A program made the position numbers and the translations under genes. The notes beneath the pieces were generated by a model, which made no database searches, was not told the DNA's origin, and saw only the letters and a list, made by a program, of their open reading frames with translations. This document shows, piece by piece, positions 34,607-45,139 of a DNA stretch of 62,365 nt. The stretch covers positions 1 through 62,365 of IMG/VR virus record IMGVR_UViG_3300012920_000037; one strand, written 5' to 3'. How positions within the stretch are numbered: position 1 is the stretch's first letter; every line of letters starts with the position of its first letter. Origin of the DNA: a virus. Lineage: Duplodnaviria > Caudoviricetes.

Positions 34607-37600
34607 ATGAAAAGCAAGAGACCAGTATTCAAGTCATTTAGAAAGAAGATTTTATATAAACCCAAAGGCGATGTATTACAACCCAATATACGACATGGAG
34701 AAACGCTAATCCCAACTGGAGGGACACCCACTGTTATTAGTTTACCTAAGACTGTTAATACTTTCACATACGACATCATTAATACAGATAGGTTGTCAAG
34801 TGATTTGACTCTTGCTACCACAGAAGGTACCTTAAAAGGGCTAATTTTAAATACAGATCAGGGAAATCTGAGTATTGATCCAGTTGCGTTAGGGACAAGA
34901 CAGCTTCAGTTTGCTAGCACTATCAAAGACGGATCTTATATTAGTACCTTATCAGACGGTGCAGATTGGTTTATCTGGTCTTTTGGAATTGGACAAGGCC
35001 TAGCGCAAAGCACAAATAAAAGACCGGCAAATACACCACCTTCATCTGGTTTTATTGGGAGTTCTATTGGAGGCAATTTAAATTCAATAGTTCAATCTGT
35101 TCAATATACGTCAGTGTCCATAGACAATTCTGATGTAACTGTTGATTTTCCTGGCGGTTCAGCGGAACATGATATTTCTATAGACGGTTCAGCTCACCCA
35201 AGCACGGCATCCCTACCAGTCATCATCAAAGTCTTTACTCCTGGTGATATTTTTGTTACAGACATAAATGTTGCAACAGATGGCTCTTGGAATTTTTCTG
35301 CTGAAAATCTTGGAAATGGAAATCACGAATTTATATTTAAACAATTCATTGGTGGAACACAAGTAAACAGCGCTGTTTCTTGGAACAGGTTGTTGGATGG
35401 CGGATCCCTAGAGTTTGATTGCCCAACTATCGAGATTGAAGTGGGAACAAATAGTCCAGACTTCACTGTATTCCCAACTGTTCAACACGTTGACTTAAGT
35501 GGTGTAGTAACTCCGATACCTGTTAGTGTGAAATCAACAACATACACAAGCTCAAAAGCCGAAGACGATACATTCAATGTTGTTTTTGAATATGATTTCG
35601 ATGGAGTAACTTATGAACAAACAATTGATGGTGTTGTTGTCAATCTTGTTCAGCCGGCGGAACCTACTATCTCAACTGTTGGTGGAAATGCTAGTAATGT
35701 TGCGATTAGTACACCTATAGCAGATATTGTCGGTACAGCAAATCCAAACGCTACGGTTCAAGTCTGGATTGACGGCATACCAAATACACCCATTGGAACA
35801 GTAACAGCAGACGGGATAGGCGAGTGGACGATATCTTCACATGATTTTGGATTCACAATGAATCAGACAGTAATTATCAAGGCTCAACAGCAAACTGCTG
35901 GAGGATCTTTGTGGTCTAACTCATCAACTGATTTTCTCGTAAGATATGAGCAAAATGTTTTATCAGAACCAACAATAACTTCTCTTGTAGCTGATCTGAC
36001 TACATTCTCCACTGGAGACTATTCGAATAAATCAAATCCATTCACAATAAATGGTACCGGTATAGCTGGCTCTGAAATTACATTAAATGGTGCAACCGCT
36101 CTTGGTGGCACAATTACTGTTGCTGGAGATGGTACTTGGACAACAACAACCAATTTGTCTCATGATGCGACTCACGATATTACAGCTCAAGCAACAAAGG
36201 CTGGGTTTACACAATCACAACAATCAACTGCTTTTCAATTGAATGTTGATAGAACTGCTCCTACTTTTGGTACCATCAATGATATAACATTGTTTCTTGG
36301 CAATGTTACCGACTCTTTGCCCACAGCAAACGATTCTTTCGACCCAAACGGAGTTACCGTTACTCCCTCTTATAGCCCAAGTTTAGCAAGCGTGGAAGGC
36401 GATTATGTGGCCACATACACGGCCACTGATAGAGCTGGGAACTCTACAACCGCCACTGATGCTAGAATAATTACAGTTACAACCGAACCTATTGTTCCAG
36501 TAATTACAAGTATTACAGCAAATAGTGATGGTACTTTTACAGTCGCTGGTACCGTTACAGGTACCTATGCCGACAACCTAACTGTTCAAGTTACTATCGG
36601 CGGTTCAGATAGTGGCTCTCCCGTTAATGTTATAGGCGAAGCGTTTACCCACAGAACGGATGCTCAATCTCCGGGAACTTATCAGTTCAATGCCAAAACA
36701 ATTAATTCAGTAGGAGGAGAATCCTCCTTAATAAATCAATCATCATCAGGAACAATCGCAGTTCCAGATACAGAAAAACCAGTCATAACTCTTGTAGGGG
36801 CCGCTAGCGTATCATTCACAGAGGGAGATTCTTATGCAGACGACGGTGCAACGGCTTTGGACAACGTCGACGGAATTATTACCAATCAAATAGTCACGAC
36901 AATTGTTGATGCCTCTGGGAATCCTGCTGTCTTAGATAGCACTACAGTACCTGGGATTTATACAATCAAATACAACGTTAGCGATTCTGCTATACCGACA
37001 CCAAATGCCGCCGATGAAGTGACTAGAACGGTTACTGTCGAGTCAGCTTTTAGTTTCATCGAGGATCTTCAGAGTGTTATCGATAGGGCTAACAACGCCC
37101 CTGGTGATGGACGATCTATAAATACCCAGACTGGGGTTGGTGTGGTAGGTAGCAACAACCGACAAACAGGAATAAATGTGGATCTCGGTGACGACGGTCT
37201 AGTAACCTATGATTCAAATGGAGTAGCGGATGATTCAAATTGGACACTGTCCTTCTGGATCAAAAGAAATACTGCTAATGAGTCCAATGCCAACTTGAGT
37301 GGTATAAAACATTTCTTTGGAAGACATCAACTTGGAAATGCTAACGATCCTACAAATGCATTAGCTCTTGCAGGAGGCTTTACCGCCACACACTTAAATT
37401 CGTTGAATATGCGCATTGAGGGCGCTACTGCTCCTTTTCATCTGACGTCAACTAATAATTTTACTCAAGACCCCAATTTCGGAAATACCGGAATTCCAAT
37501 AGTTAGTGATTATGCGAATTTCATAATAGTATCAAAAGTTAGAACAGACAACAAAGTAGATATAGAATGCTATGTAAATGGTATTGTTGCTTTCAGAGGC

Positions 37601-38905
37601 AACCACCTTGCAAGATTGAAAGGACTCCCAATAGGAACTCAAGTGCTTCCTGATGCAGATAATCAAAGAATTGCTTTTGGAGGCACTATTGGGTCTAGGT
37701 TTGTCGGCCCCAACCCGGGAAAATCTATAATGTGCGAAGTTGAATCAATCCAACTCGTGACGGGAATTAGTTTAAATTCAGTTGGAGCCGCAGCATTGTT
37801 CGCAGGTGGTACAACAACAACTATATCCGATGCTAATCAAACACCAACACCTCCGGAGATTACTTTGTTTGGAGATGTTTCAATGTTCCATGAATTAGGT
37901 ACAACTTTTACAGATCCAGGATTTGTAGCAACCGACCAACAAGATGGAACAATCACAAATTCTGTTGTTCAAGTTATTAGAGATTCAAACAACAATGTAA
38001 TTTCATCTATTGACGCGAATACACCATATGGATACTACACCATAACATATACGGTTACTGATAGTGCTGGTGCTACCGTATCAGCTACTAGAGACGTTGA
38101 AGTTAACGTCTCTGGCCTATTCCTGGAAGAGTTTGCATCCGCCCGACAAATAGGCACGGGTAATCAAAACCCATTCGTTCCAGGTATGGTAGGTTCTCCA
38201 CTACCCACCATTAATCAAGGAGTGTTTTTTAAGAGTAGTGGACTTGGTGCCACAGAAGTTAATTTAAAAGACGAAGGTGTGTTTACCTTTAACAATAATG
38301 AACCTGTAAATTCGAATTTTACTTTTTCTTTTTGGGTTAGACCTGAGCAGGATATGGGTACCGGTTTTCAGAATATTATGGGAAAAGTAGCATCTGGGGC
38401 GCAAGGGGCCGCAGGGGCTTTTTCCATGGCGATAAGCAAGGACTCGAACGGAAAAGCACGATTCAAGCCAAGCTTGGGTACCAACAGCTATGGTATGGGC
38501 ACAGGCAGTCAAGCGGCAAATCTGACAGCAACTTCAACACGAGATTTTGTAGCAGGCACTTGGTATCACATGGCTATTACTTATGAACTCAACTCCTCGA
38601 CTCAGCTAAATGAATTCAAGGTCTATATAGATGGCACTTTAGGCAATTCTAAGTTGAACATTCCTCCTCAGCACTCACTGATCGCAGAAGCATTCGGACG
38701 GGCAAATAATGGTAATTTCAGCCATCGTTTTGGTATTGGACTGTTGACCTCGTCATCAAAAGCCATGCAGAATAATTCAACGATTTCACTTTCACTTGAC
38801 TCAATTCAGTTTGGTGATAATGTTGTATTGACGGCTAATCAAATTCTAGCTATATATAACCAATCAGATCGACGAATGTCAATTGATGATGCAAGTCAGA
38901 TATAA
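34607..38905 (+). CDS. large Ig-like/LamG surface (decoration or adhesin) protein
   Basis: several bacterial Ig-like repeats (GTA.P..TV..ADG.W), DUF5011-like DTEKPVITLVG..GATALDNVDG, two LamG domains. Confidence 0.85.
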   Translation: MKSKRPVFKSFRKKILYKPKGDVLQPNIRHGETLIPTGGTPTVISLPKTVNTFTYDIINTDRLSSDLTLATTEGTLKGLILNTDQGNLSIDPVALGTRQLQFASTIKDGSYISTLSDGADWFIWSFGIGQGLAQSTNKRPANTPPSSGFIGSSIGGNLNSIVQSVQYTSVSIDNSDVTVDFPGGSAEHDISIDGSAHPSTASLPVIIKVFTPGDIFVTDINVATDGSWNFSAENLGNGNHEFIFKQFIGGTQVNSAVSWNRLLDGGSLEFDCPTIEIEVGTNSPDFTVFPTVQHVDLSGVVTPIPVSVKSTTYTSSKAEDDTFNVVFEYDFDGVTYEQTIDGVVVNLVQPAEPTISTVGGNASNVAISTPIADIVGTANPNATVQVWIDGIPNTPIGTVTADGIGEWTISSHDFGFTMNQTVIIKAQQQTAGGSLWSNSSTDFLVRYEQNVLSEPTITSLVADLTTFSTGDYSNKSNPFTINGTGIAGSEITLNGATALGGTITVAGDGTWTTTTNLSHDATHDITAQATKAGFTQSQQSTAFQLNVDRTAPTFGTINDITLFLGNVTDSLPTANDSFDPNGVTVTPSYSPSLASVEGDYVATYTATDRAGNSTTATDARIITVTTEPIVPVITSITANSDGTFTVAGTVTGTYADNLTVQVTIGGSDSGSPVNVIGEAFTHRTDAQSPGTYQFNAKTINSVGGESSLINQSSSGTIAVPDTEKPVITLVGAASVSFTEGDSYADDGATALDNVDGIITNQIVTTIVDASGNPAVLDSTTVPGIYTIKYNVSDSAIPTPNAADEVTRTVTVESAFSFIEDLQSVIDRANNAPGDGRSINTQTGVGVVGSNNRQTGINVDLGDDGLVTYDSNGVADDSNWTLSFWIKRNTANESNANLSGIKHFFGRHQLGNANDPTNALALAGGFTATHLNSLNMRIEGATAPFHLTSTNNFTQDPNFGNTGIPIVSDYANFIIVSKVRTDNKVDIECYVNGIVAFRGNHLARLKGLPIGTQVLPDADNQRIAFGGTIGSRFVGPNPGKSIMCEVESIQLVTGISLNSVGAAALFAGGTTTTISDANQTPTPPEITLFGDVSMFHELGTTFTDPGFVATDQQDGTITNSVVQVIRDSNNNVISSIDANTPYGYYTITYTVTDSAGATVSATRDVEVNVSGLFLEEFASARQIGTGNQNPFVPGMVGSPLPTINQGVFFKSSGLGATEVNLKDEGVFTFNNNEPVNSNFTFSFWVRPEQDMGTGFQNIMGKVASGAQGAAGAFSMAISKDSNGKARFKPSLGTNSYGMGTGSQAANLTATSTRDFVAGTWYHMAITYELNSSTQLNEFKVYIDGTLGNSKLNIPPQHSLIAEAFGRANNGNFSHRFGIGLLTSSSKAMQNNSTISLSLDSIQFGDNVVLTANQILAIYNQSDRRMSIDDASQI

Positions 38906-38918
38906 ACAAATTAACAAA

Positions 38919-38925
38919 CTAATTA
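38919..38925 (+). promoter_or_regulatory. putative late promoter motif CTAATTA
   Basis: intergenic, 21 nt before ATG 38947. Confidence 0.55.
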
Positions 38926-38946
38926 ATAACAAAAGGATTTAAAACA

Positions 38947-39351
38947 ATGGCTAAAATTTCAAGAACACCATTTAATGCGTCTCGATGGATTACATCTCGT
39001 TTATCTACAGATACAACCATAACTAAGAAGTTAACAGGTAGATGTTTTTTTGTAACAGCAACTAGCACAACAAACTTAAATATCAACTTTTTAGATAGCG
39101 GATGTTATTTTAAGATAATTGCTCGAGAAAACACAGGTGGAGATATAAACATTATCTTCCCAGCCATGGAAGGAGTATTGATCGCTGATGATACTTCTAC
39201 TGTTGTAATAACAAACGCTGGAGAATCTGGTCAAACAACATTGACGATACCATCGGGTGCATCCGCTGGGTCATACGTTGACTTGATTTGCGATGGACAG
39301 AAATGGTACGTAACTGGAATGGCGCACGGCGTACACTTTACTCAATCATAA
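38947..39351 (+). CDS. putative structural protein
   Basis: GSYVDLICDGQKWYV resembles N-terminal domain of 34607 protein. Confidence 0.7.
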   Translation: MAKISRTPFNASRWITSRLSTDTTITKKLTGRCFFVTATSTTNLNINFLDSGCYFKIIARENTGGDINIIFPAMEGVLIADDTSTVVITNAGESGQTTLTIPSGASAGSYVDLICDGQKWYVTGMAHGVHFTQS

Positions 39352-39366
39352 AACTAGGAGAATAAA

Positions 39367-39669
39367 ATGGGTATCAAAAAGAAAAGATTAAAATTAAAAG
39401 CTCGACGAGCAGCCGCAGCAGCAAAAGCTGCAGCTTTAAACGCAGTCGAAGAAGTGAAAAAAGAAATTGCAGAAGCAACCGAAGACATTGCAGAGATTGC
39501 AGAAGAAGTTGCTGAGAAAATTGAAGAAGTTGTCGAAGAAGCGAAAGCTACTGTCGAAGATGTAATTGAGGAGACCAAAGAAGCGGTTGAAGAAGTTAAA
39601 GAGAAAAAGACTGCTCGTAAAACAACTCGCAGAAAAACGACACGCAAATCAACAAAAAAAGAAAAATAA
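39367..39669 (+). CDS. highly charged low-complexity protein
   Basis: basic N- and C-termini with acidic EE-rich core; AGGAG RBS. Confidence 0.7.
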   Translation: MGIKKKRLKLKARRAAAAAKAAALNAVEEVKKEIAEATEDIAEIAEEVAEKIEEVVEEAKATVEDVIEETKEAVEEVKEKKTARKTTRRKTTRKSTKKEK

Positions 39670-39693
39670 GTTAGTTTCATTTTAACCTCCTTT

Positions 39694-39728
39694 CCCTCGG
39701 ACACATCGTGCTCGGGGGTTTCTTTTTT
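39694..39728 (+). terminator. probable rho-independent terminator
   Basis: CCCTCGGACAC..GTGCTCGGGGG imperfect stem then T-rich tract. Confidence 0.6.
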
Positions 39729-39734
39729 CATGAA

Positions 39735-39741
39735 CTATTTA
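39735..39741 (+). promoter_or_regulatory. putative late promoter motif CTATTTA
   Basis: after terminator, 19 nt before ATG 39761. Confidence 0.65.
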
Positions 39742-39760
39742 CTACGACGGAGGGTTTCAT

Positions 39761-41005
39761 ATGTCATTTCCAGATTTAACGCCGGCCTCAACATTGTCGG
39801 CGATTACTTTACCCGAGACTTCAACTGATTCTTTAGCCGAGGTTACTTCATCTTTGGCAATCGGATATTATACCAGCGAAGCCTTTGTTTCTGGTGCTCA
39901 AGCACAGGTCGCATACACTTACAAAAGACTAGGAGGTGATGTATTAGATATTGAAATTACCGCTAAGAACGTCTACAATCACTACGAGGAAGCTGTTTTG
40001 GAGTACTCCTACATTGTGAACCTCCATCAGGCACGGAATGCCTTAGGGAGCGCCCTGGGAGGTTCTACAGGGTCTTTTGATCATGAAGGAAGACTAACAG
40101 AGGGCGAGGATGTTGCCTTAAAGTATCCCAAATTTCAATTTGATTATGCATTTAGAAACGCAGACAAATTCTCCACAGAAGCATTGGTTGGTGGAACCGA
40201 GCCGTTGTATTCCGCTTCCTTTGATATTGTTGTAGATCAGCAAGATTATGATTTGCAGCAAATTGTATCATCATCTCAAGCAGGTTCAGATTGGGATGGT
40301 ATGGGTAACAAAAGAATTAAAATTAGACAAATGTATTATGTAACTCCTAGACAAATGTGGAGATTTTATGGTTACTATGGAGGTCTCAATGTTGTTGGAG
40401 ATTTTCATAATTATGGTCAATATGCTGATGACTCTACATTTAATGTTATACCTGCTTGGCAAAATAAACTTCAAGCGATATCTTACGAAGACCACTTATA
40501 CACAAGAACATCGCACTACTCCTATGAAATAAACGACAATAAACTGAAGCTTTATCCCATCCCCAGCTCAGTAACTGAAGATAAGTTTTGGTTTAGATTC
40601 ACAGTGGAGTCCGGAAATACAGCATTTTCTACTGGGTCTTATGATTCAGGAGTTGATGGCATCAATAACATGAATACAATGCCGATGGAAAATATTCCTT
40701 TTAACAAAATCAATTCAATCGGGCAACAGTGGATTCGAAGGTTTGCTTTAGCTCTTTCGAAAGAAACACTAGGTCAAGTTAGAGGTAAATTTGGCGGGAG
40801 TGTACCTATCCCAGGAGACAACGTATCTTTGAACGCCTCAGATCTTCTTAGCCAATCGTCAACTGAGCAAGCCGCTCTCAGAGAAGAGCTTAACAAACAG
40901 CTTGATGAGATGCTTTATTCTAAATTAGCCGAAACAGATAAAGGAATGGTCGAGAACATGGATGCAATTGTTCAAAAAGTTCCTTTGAAAATTTTTGTGG
41001 GGTAA
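39761..41005 (+). CDS. neck protein (T4 gp13-like)
   Basis: KRLGGDVLDIEIT, WIRRFALALSKETLGQVRGKF..IPG..VSLN. Confidence 0.85.
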   Translation: MSFPDLTPASTLSAITLPETSTDSLAEVTSSLAIGYYTSEAFVSGAQAQVAYTYKRLGGDVLDIEITAKNVYNHYEEAVLEYSYIVNLHQARNALGSALGGSTGSFDHEGRLTEGEDVALKYPKFQFDYAFRNADKFSTEALVGGTEPLYSASFDIVVDQQDYDLQQIVSSSQAGSDWDGMGNKRIKIRQMYYVTPRQMWRFYGYYGGLNVVGDFHNYGQYADDSTFNVIPAWQNKLQAISYEDHLYTRTSHYSYEINDNKLKLYPIPSSVTEDKFWFRFTVESGNTAFSTGSYDSGVDGINNMNTMPMENIPFNKINSIGQQWIRRFALALSKETLGQVRGKFGGSVPIPGDNVSLNASDLLSQSSTEQAALREELNKQLDEMLYSKLAETDKGMVENMDAIVQKVPLKIFVG

Positions 41006-41009
41006 ATAA

Positions 41010-41495
41010 ATGAGCAAATGGGAAAGACCAGCACAACCACCTTCACCTTTGTTCCTCGGAGAGAAGGAAAAAAACCTAGTAAAGCAGGTAAATGATGAAA
41101 TTATTGAAAGAGTTGTGGGGCAACAACTTTTATATTTTCCTATCGATCTTGAAACAACACCATACCACCCTCTTTATGGAGAAGCAATTGAGAAAAACTT
41201 TTTACATCCCGTGAGAGTGTTTGGACTAGTTACATACAATGGTGTTGAAACTGCTGATTTGGAAAATATGGCGATTGACAAGTCTACAAAAATAACAGTT
41301 AATTTTCACAAGAGAAGATTAACGGAAGATCAAAACTTATTTGTTCGAGAAGGAGATTTTGTTAGATTTGGACCAATTTATTATGAAATTGTGAAGCTAA
41401 ATGAGCCAAAATTGCTGTTTGGACAACCAGAAAGTCGGTTTGAAATATCAGCTGACTGTATAAGAGCGAGAGACGGATTGTTCAATGCAGAATAA
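41010..41495 (+). CDS. neck/head closure protein (gp14-like)
   Basis: HPLYGEA, VREGDFV, YEIV motifs; position after gp13-like. Confidence 0.8.
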   Translation: MSKWERPAQPPSPLFLGEKEKNLVKQVNDEIIERVVGQQLLYFPIDLETTPYHPLYGEAIEKNFLHPVRVFGLVTYNGVETADLENMAIDKSTKITVNFHKRRLTEDQNLFVREGDFVRFGPIYYEIVKLNEPKLLFGQPESRFEISADCIRARDGLFNAE

Positions 41496-42306
41496 TGAAT
41501 TACCAGAAGTAGCATCAACACTTGAGAACATAGACACAGCAGTGTACCGCTTCGTTAATGATGAAATTGACGTTCATACAACAACAAACAAAGGCCGAGA
41601 GAAAGTAAAGGTACTTTGGCTTGGAACAGAGCGTGCTTTTCAGATCAAAAATAACAAAGAGCTTAGAGATGGCGTCGGAAAGCTAAGATTGCCTTTACTA
41701 ACAGTCTCTAGATCATCTATTTCGAGAGATGACGACTTTAAAGGACCCTTCCAGTCTACCTACGGATATGAGTCAATTAATGGTCAAGATTATATCCCAG
41801 TAAAGACGATTATTAGCCAAGAAAAGACTCAAAACTTTCAAAACTCCGATTTACGAACTGAAACGGAAGGTCAAAATCTCGGAAAACCAAGCTCGAAGAA
41901 GGTTGTGTACGAAACACACTACATCCCAAAGCCAGTCTATGTTACTTGTATGTTTGAGATCAACATCAGAACTGAGTATCAGCAACAAATGAACGAGATT
42001 GTGTCAAGCTTTATACCAGAAAACAAAAACTACGTTATCATATCAAACGAAGGCTACCAATACGAGGCTTTCATACAAAATGATTATAGCATAACAAACT
42101 CAACCAACCTTGGTCAGGAAGAAAGAATGTTTACCTCCAAGGTTCAAATAAAAGTCCTAGGATACATCACAGGACCTCAAAAAAGCAACCAACCTTTCGT
42201 TCAAAAGAAGGAATCGGTTGTTGAAGTAAAAGTGTCCAGAGAAAAGGTCATTGTCGGCGATTCAAAGCCGTGGGATAAGACCGGTGAGAAATTTAGAGAT
42301 TTATGA
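41485..42306 (+). CDS. tail terminator/sheath stabiliser (gp15-like)
   Basis: LRLPLLTVSR, PVYVTCMFEINI..QQMNEIV; position before sheath. Confidence 0.7.
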   Translation: MQNNELPEVASTLENIDTAVYRFVNDEIDVHTTTNKGREKVKVLWLGTERAFQIKNNKELRDGVGKLRLPLLTVSRSSISRDDDFKGPFQSTYGYESINGQDYIPVKTIISQEKTQNFQNSDLRTETEGQNLGKPSSKKVVYETHYIPKPVYVTCMFEINIRTEYQQQMNEIVSSFIPENKNYVIISNEGYQYEAFIQNDYSITNSTNLGQEERMFTSKVQIKVLGYITGPQKSNQPFVQKKESVVEVKVSREKVIVGDSKPWDKTGEKFRDL

Positions 42307-42324
42307 CTTTGGCCTTTTATTTGA

Positions 42325-42331
42325 CTATTTA
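42325..42331 (+). promoter_or_regulatory. putative late promoter motif CTATTTA
   Basis: intergenic before sheath gene. Confidence 0.65.
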
Positions 42332-42364
42332 CTAGGAAAATGATATTTTAATAGGAGAAAATTA

Positions 42365-45103
42365 ATGCCTACCAAGTTTGACTTTGTGTCTCCCGGTATT
42401 GAACTGAGAGAGATCGACCAATCACAAGTGGCCGCCGTGCCTGAAGCAGAAGGTTTGCTTCTCATCGGTACTTCAAGAAAAGGGCCCGCAATGAAACCTG
42501 TAAAGGTTAAAAGTTTGGAAAACTTCATCGATGTATTTGGTGCTCCAATGGACGGCGTTAAGCGTGGAGACCCTTGGCGAGAAGGGAATACTGGTGCGGC
42601 TTCTTATGCAGGCTACGCAGCGCAAGCTTACTTAGCTGCTGGTGTAGGTCCCGTAAAATTTATTCGCTTGGCTGGTCTTGATAATCCTGATAGTACAACT
42701 TTAGGTAAAGCTGGTTGGAAAGTCGACCACGGTCTAAGCAGCACTAAGGCAAATTGCTCTGGTGCTATTGGACTATTTGTAGCTCCAAATATTGATGATG
42801 CAGTCACTGGGTCTTTAGCTGCTATTTTCTACACAAAAGAAACTTCTCTCCAATTGAGCGGAACAGCAATGAATGGCGACATAACAGAAGGCGCCGAAAT
42901 GTTGATTAAATCTCAAGGCACCAGTGGGCAATTCCAAGCACAATTAAGCTCATCTACAGATCAAACAATCGTGTTTGACTTCAACAAGAACAGCGTTAAC
43001 TTTATCCGTAACGTATTCAATACTGATCCTACTTTATATGATGCAGGCTCAGCATCTTACTTCTTGGGTGAGACATTTGAGTCTCAAGTTTTAGCATTGA
43101 GTGGATCTGATACCACTGATGGTCTGGTTGCTTTCTTTGCTGGTCTAGCTAACGGAACCTCGACTGATGGTGAGTGGACCAATTTTGAAAATGAACTGAC
43201 TGCCGCTAAGTCTGGTTGGTTTGTCGGACCTAAACCAACTCAAAAACGATTATTCCGACTCGCAGCATTAGATGATGGAGAGCAATTCCAAAAAGAATAT
43301 TACGTTGTTGTCAAGGATCTTAGTGCGGCGAATGCTTCGAAGCAAGATGCAACATTCTCAATTGAAGTTCGTCGATATGGACAAGCCGGCTATGTTGAAA
43401 AATTCTCAAACCTAACTTTAAATGTCGACTCTCCAAACTATATCTCAAAGAAGATTGGAGATGTTCATCAATATTGGGAAGAAGGAACTGGTGGATTATC
43501 TGGTAAGATTATCACTGAGGGTGTATACCCTAATGTTTCAGATTTGATTCGCGTTGAAATTAATCCGGGTGTACAGAAATCAGACCTTCCATTTGGGTTC
43601 ACAGGACCTATGACGCCTGACCCAGTCGCTATCTCTGCATCTATGCCTGATGGTGTAGTTGATTGGATTAGTGGAAAAGACCGAGTACCTGATGGTCAGT
43701 CGGATGAATTCATCTCTGGTTCCACTTCTGGTTTTACAGGATCCTTTGAGTTCCCGACTCACTTATTGACAACTCAAAACACTTACCTCGGTTCTCGCAA
43801 CTATCCTGCGACTAGAGAATTTGGTCTTCGCTTCAGAGAAACCAATGGTCGAGACATGACCATCGGGGATGTTGGAGTTAAGCGCGGGAACTTCGCCAAA
43901 CACTCAGTTGCTTCTACTGCATTGACCGAGTACTCTTACGTATTCTCTCTCGATGATATCGTTGCTGCCGATGCTGCTCAGTCTGCATTCTACTTCGCAA
44001 CTGGTTCTTACGAAATCGCTAAAGACGCAACTGGTGCATCTCTAAGTAAAAACAGTGGCTCTGCTTACGTCATCAACACAAAGAACATCAAGCAGTTTGC
44101 TGCTCCATTCTTTGGAGGTTTCGATGGAAACAACATTCTTGTTGATAACCCATTCAACGAAGACCTTCTTGGAACTTCAACTTCATATGCGAAGCACTCA
44201 TTGGACCAAGCGCTGGAAATGGTATCAGATCGAGACCTTATCCGCTACGACTTGATTTCAATGCCTGGTATCACAAACAACACATTCGTTGGAAACTTGC
44301 TCAGACAAACCGAAGAGCGTGGCGATGCGTTCGCAATCGTTGACCTTTCAGGTATTTATCAGTCTGCTGAAGACCTTGGAGCTTCTGGTGACACTAATCA
44401 AAGTATCACAACAATCATTAGTACAATTAACCTAAATGGGTTCAACACTTCTTATGGTGCGACCTACTACCCCAATGTTCGTTTGAAGGATACCTTGAGT
44501 GGAAACGATTCTGTATTGTTTGCACCCCCTTCTGTCGCTGCTCTTGGAGCAATTGCAAAGTCTGAAGCTGACTCTCAGCCATGGTTTGCTCCTGCTGGTT
44601 TCAACCGTGGTGGACTAAATCCTCTCGGTGGCTCTAAAGGGCCTACTGTCGTAGGAACGGTAGAGCACTTGACCAAAGCAGACCGCGACAAACTTTACGA
44701 AGTAAACATCAACCCAATCGCTCGATTCCCTGCTACAGGCGATACCGTAGTGTTTGGACAAAAGACACTTCAACAAGAAGCATCTGCTCTTGATCGAATC
44801 AACGTTCGTCGATTGATGAACTACCTTAAGAGAGAAATCGGAGATATCGCTGATACAATCTTGTTTGATCAAAATGTTAATGCGACTTGGAACCGATTTA
44901 AATCTCAAGCTGAAGCTGTTCTTTCACAAGTTCAAGCTGAGTATGGTGTTACAGAATACAAACTTGTTCTTGACGAGACAACAACAACCCCAGACTTGCA
45001 AGATCGCAATATTTTGTACGCAAAGGTATTTGTTAAGCCTGCCCGCGCTATCGAGTTTATCGCTGTTGACTTTGTTATCACTCAAAGTGGCGTAGAATTT
45101 TAA
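42365..45103 (+). CDS. tail sheath protein (gp18-like)
   Basis: FVSPGIELREID, PWFAPAGFNRG, INPI, GQKTLQ..SALDRINVRRL, KPARAIEFI. Confidence 0.96.
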   Translation: MPTKFDFVSPGIELREIDQSQVAAVPEAEGLLLIGTSRKGPAMKPVKVKSLENFIDVFGAPMDGVKRGDPWREGNTGAASYAGYAAQAYLAAGVGPVKFIRLAGLDNPDSTTLGKAGWKVDHGLSSTKANCSGAIGLFVAPNIDDAVTGSLAAIFYTKETSLQLSGTAMNGDITEGAEMLIKSQGTSGQFQAQLSSSTDQTIVFDFNKNSVNFIRNVFNTDPTLYDAGSASYFLGETFESQVLALSGSDTTDGLVAFFAGLANGTSTDGEWTNFENELTAAKSGWFVGPKPTQKRLFRLAALDDGEQFQKEYYVVVKDLSAANASKQDATFSIEVRRYGQAGYVEKFSNLTLNVDSPNYISKKIGDVHQYWEEGTGGLSGKIITEGVYPNVSDLIRVEINPGVQKSDLPFGFTGPMTPDPVAISASMPDGVVDWISGKDRVPDGQSDEFISGSTSGFTGSFEFPTHLLTTQNTYLGSRNYPATREFGLRFRETNGRDMTIGDVGVKRGNFAKHSVASTALTEYSYVFSLDDIVAADAAQSAFYFATGSYEIAKDATGASLSKNSGSAYVINTKNIKQFAAPFFGGFDGNNILVDNPFNEDLLGTSTSYAKHSLDQALEMVSDRDLIRYDLISMPGITNNTFVGNLLRQTEERGDAFAIVDLSGIYQSAEDLGASGDTNQSITTIISTINLNGFNTSYGATYYPNVRLKDTLSGNDSVLFAPPSVAALGAIAKSEADSQPWFAPAGFNRGGLNPLGGSKGPTVVGTVEHLTKADRDKLYEVNINPIARFPATGDTVVFGQKTLQQEASALDRINVRRLMNYLKREIGDIADTILFDQNVNATWNRFKSQAEAVLSQVQAEYGVTEYKLVLDETTTTPDLQDRNILYAKVFVKPARAIEFIAVDFVITQSGVEF

Positions 45104-45109
45104 TAGACA

Positions 45110-45116
45110 CTAATTA
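45110..45116 (+). promoter_or_regulatory. putative late promoter motif CTAATTA
   Basis: intergenic before tube gene. Confidence 0.6.
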
Positions 45117-45139
45117 CAGATAAATAGGAGAATCTTAAT

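Noticed and set aside
39367-39669. Histone H1-like call for the charged protein
   Set aside because: Only low-complexity similarity in the short basic tail; not enough to assign function
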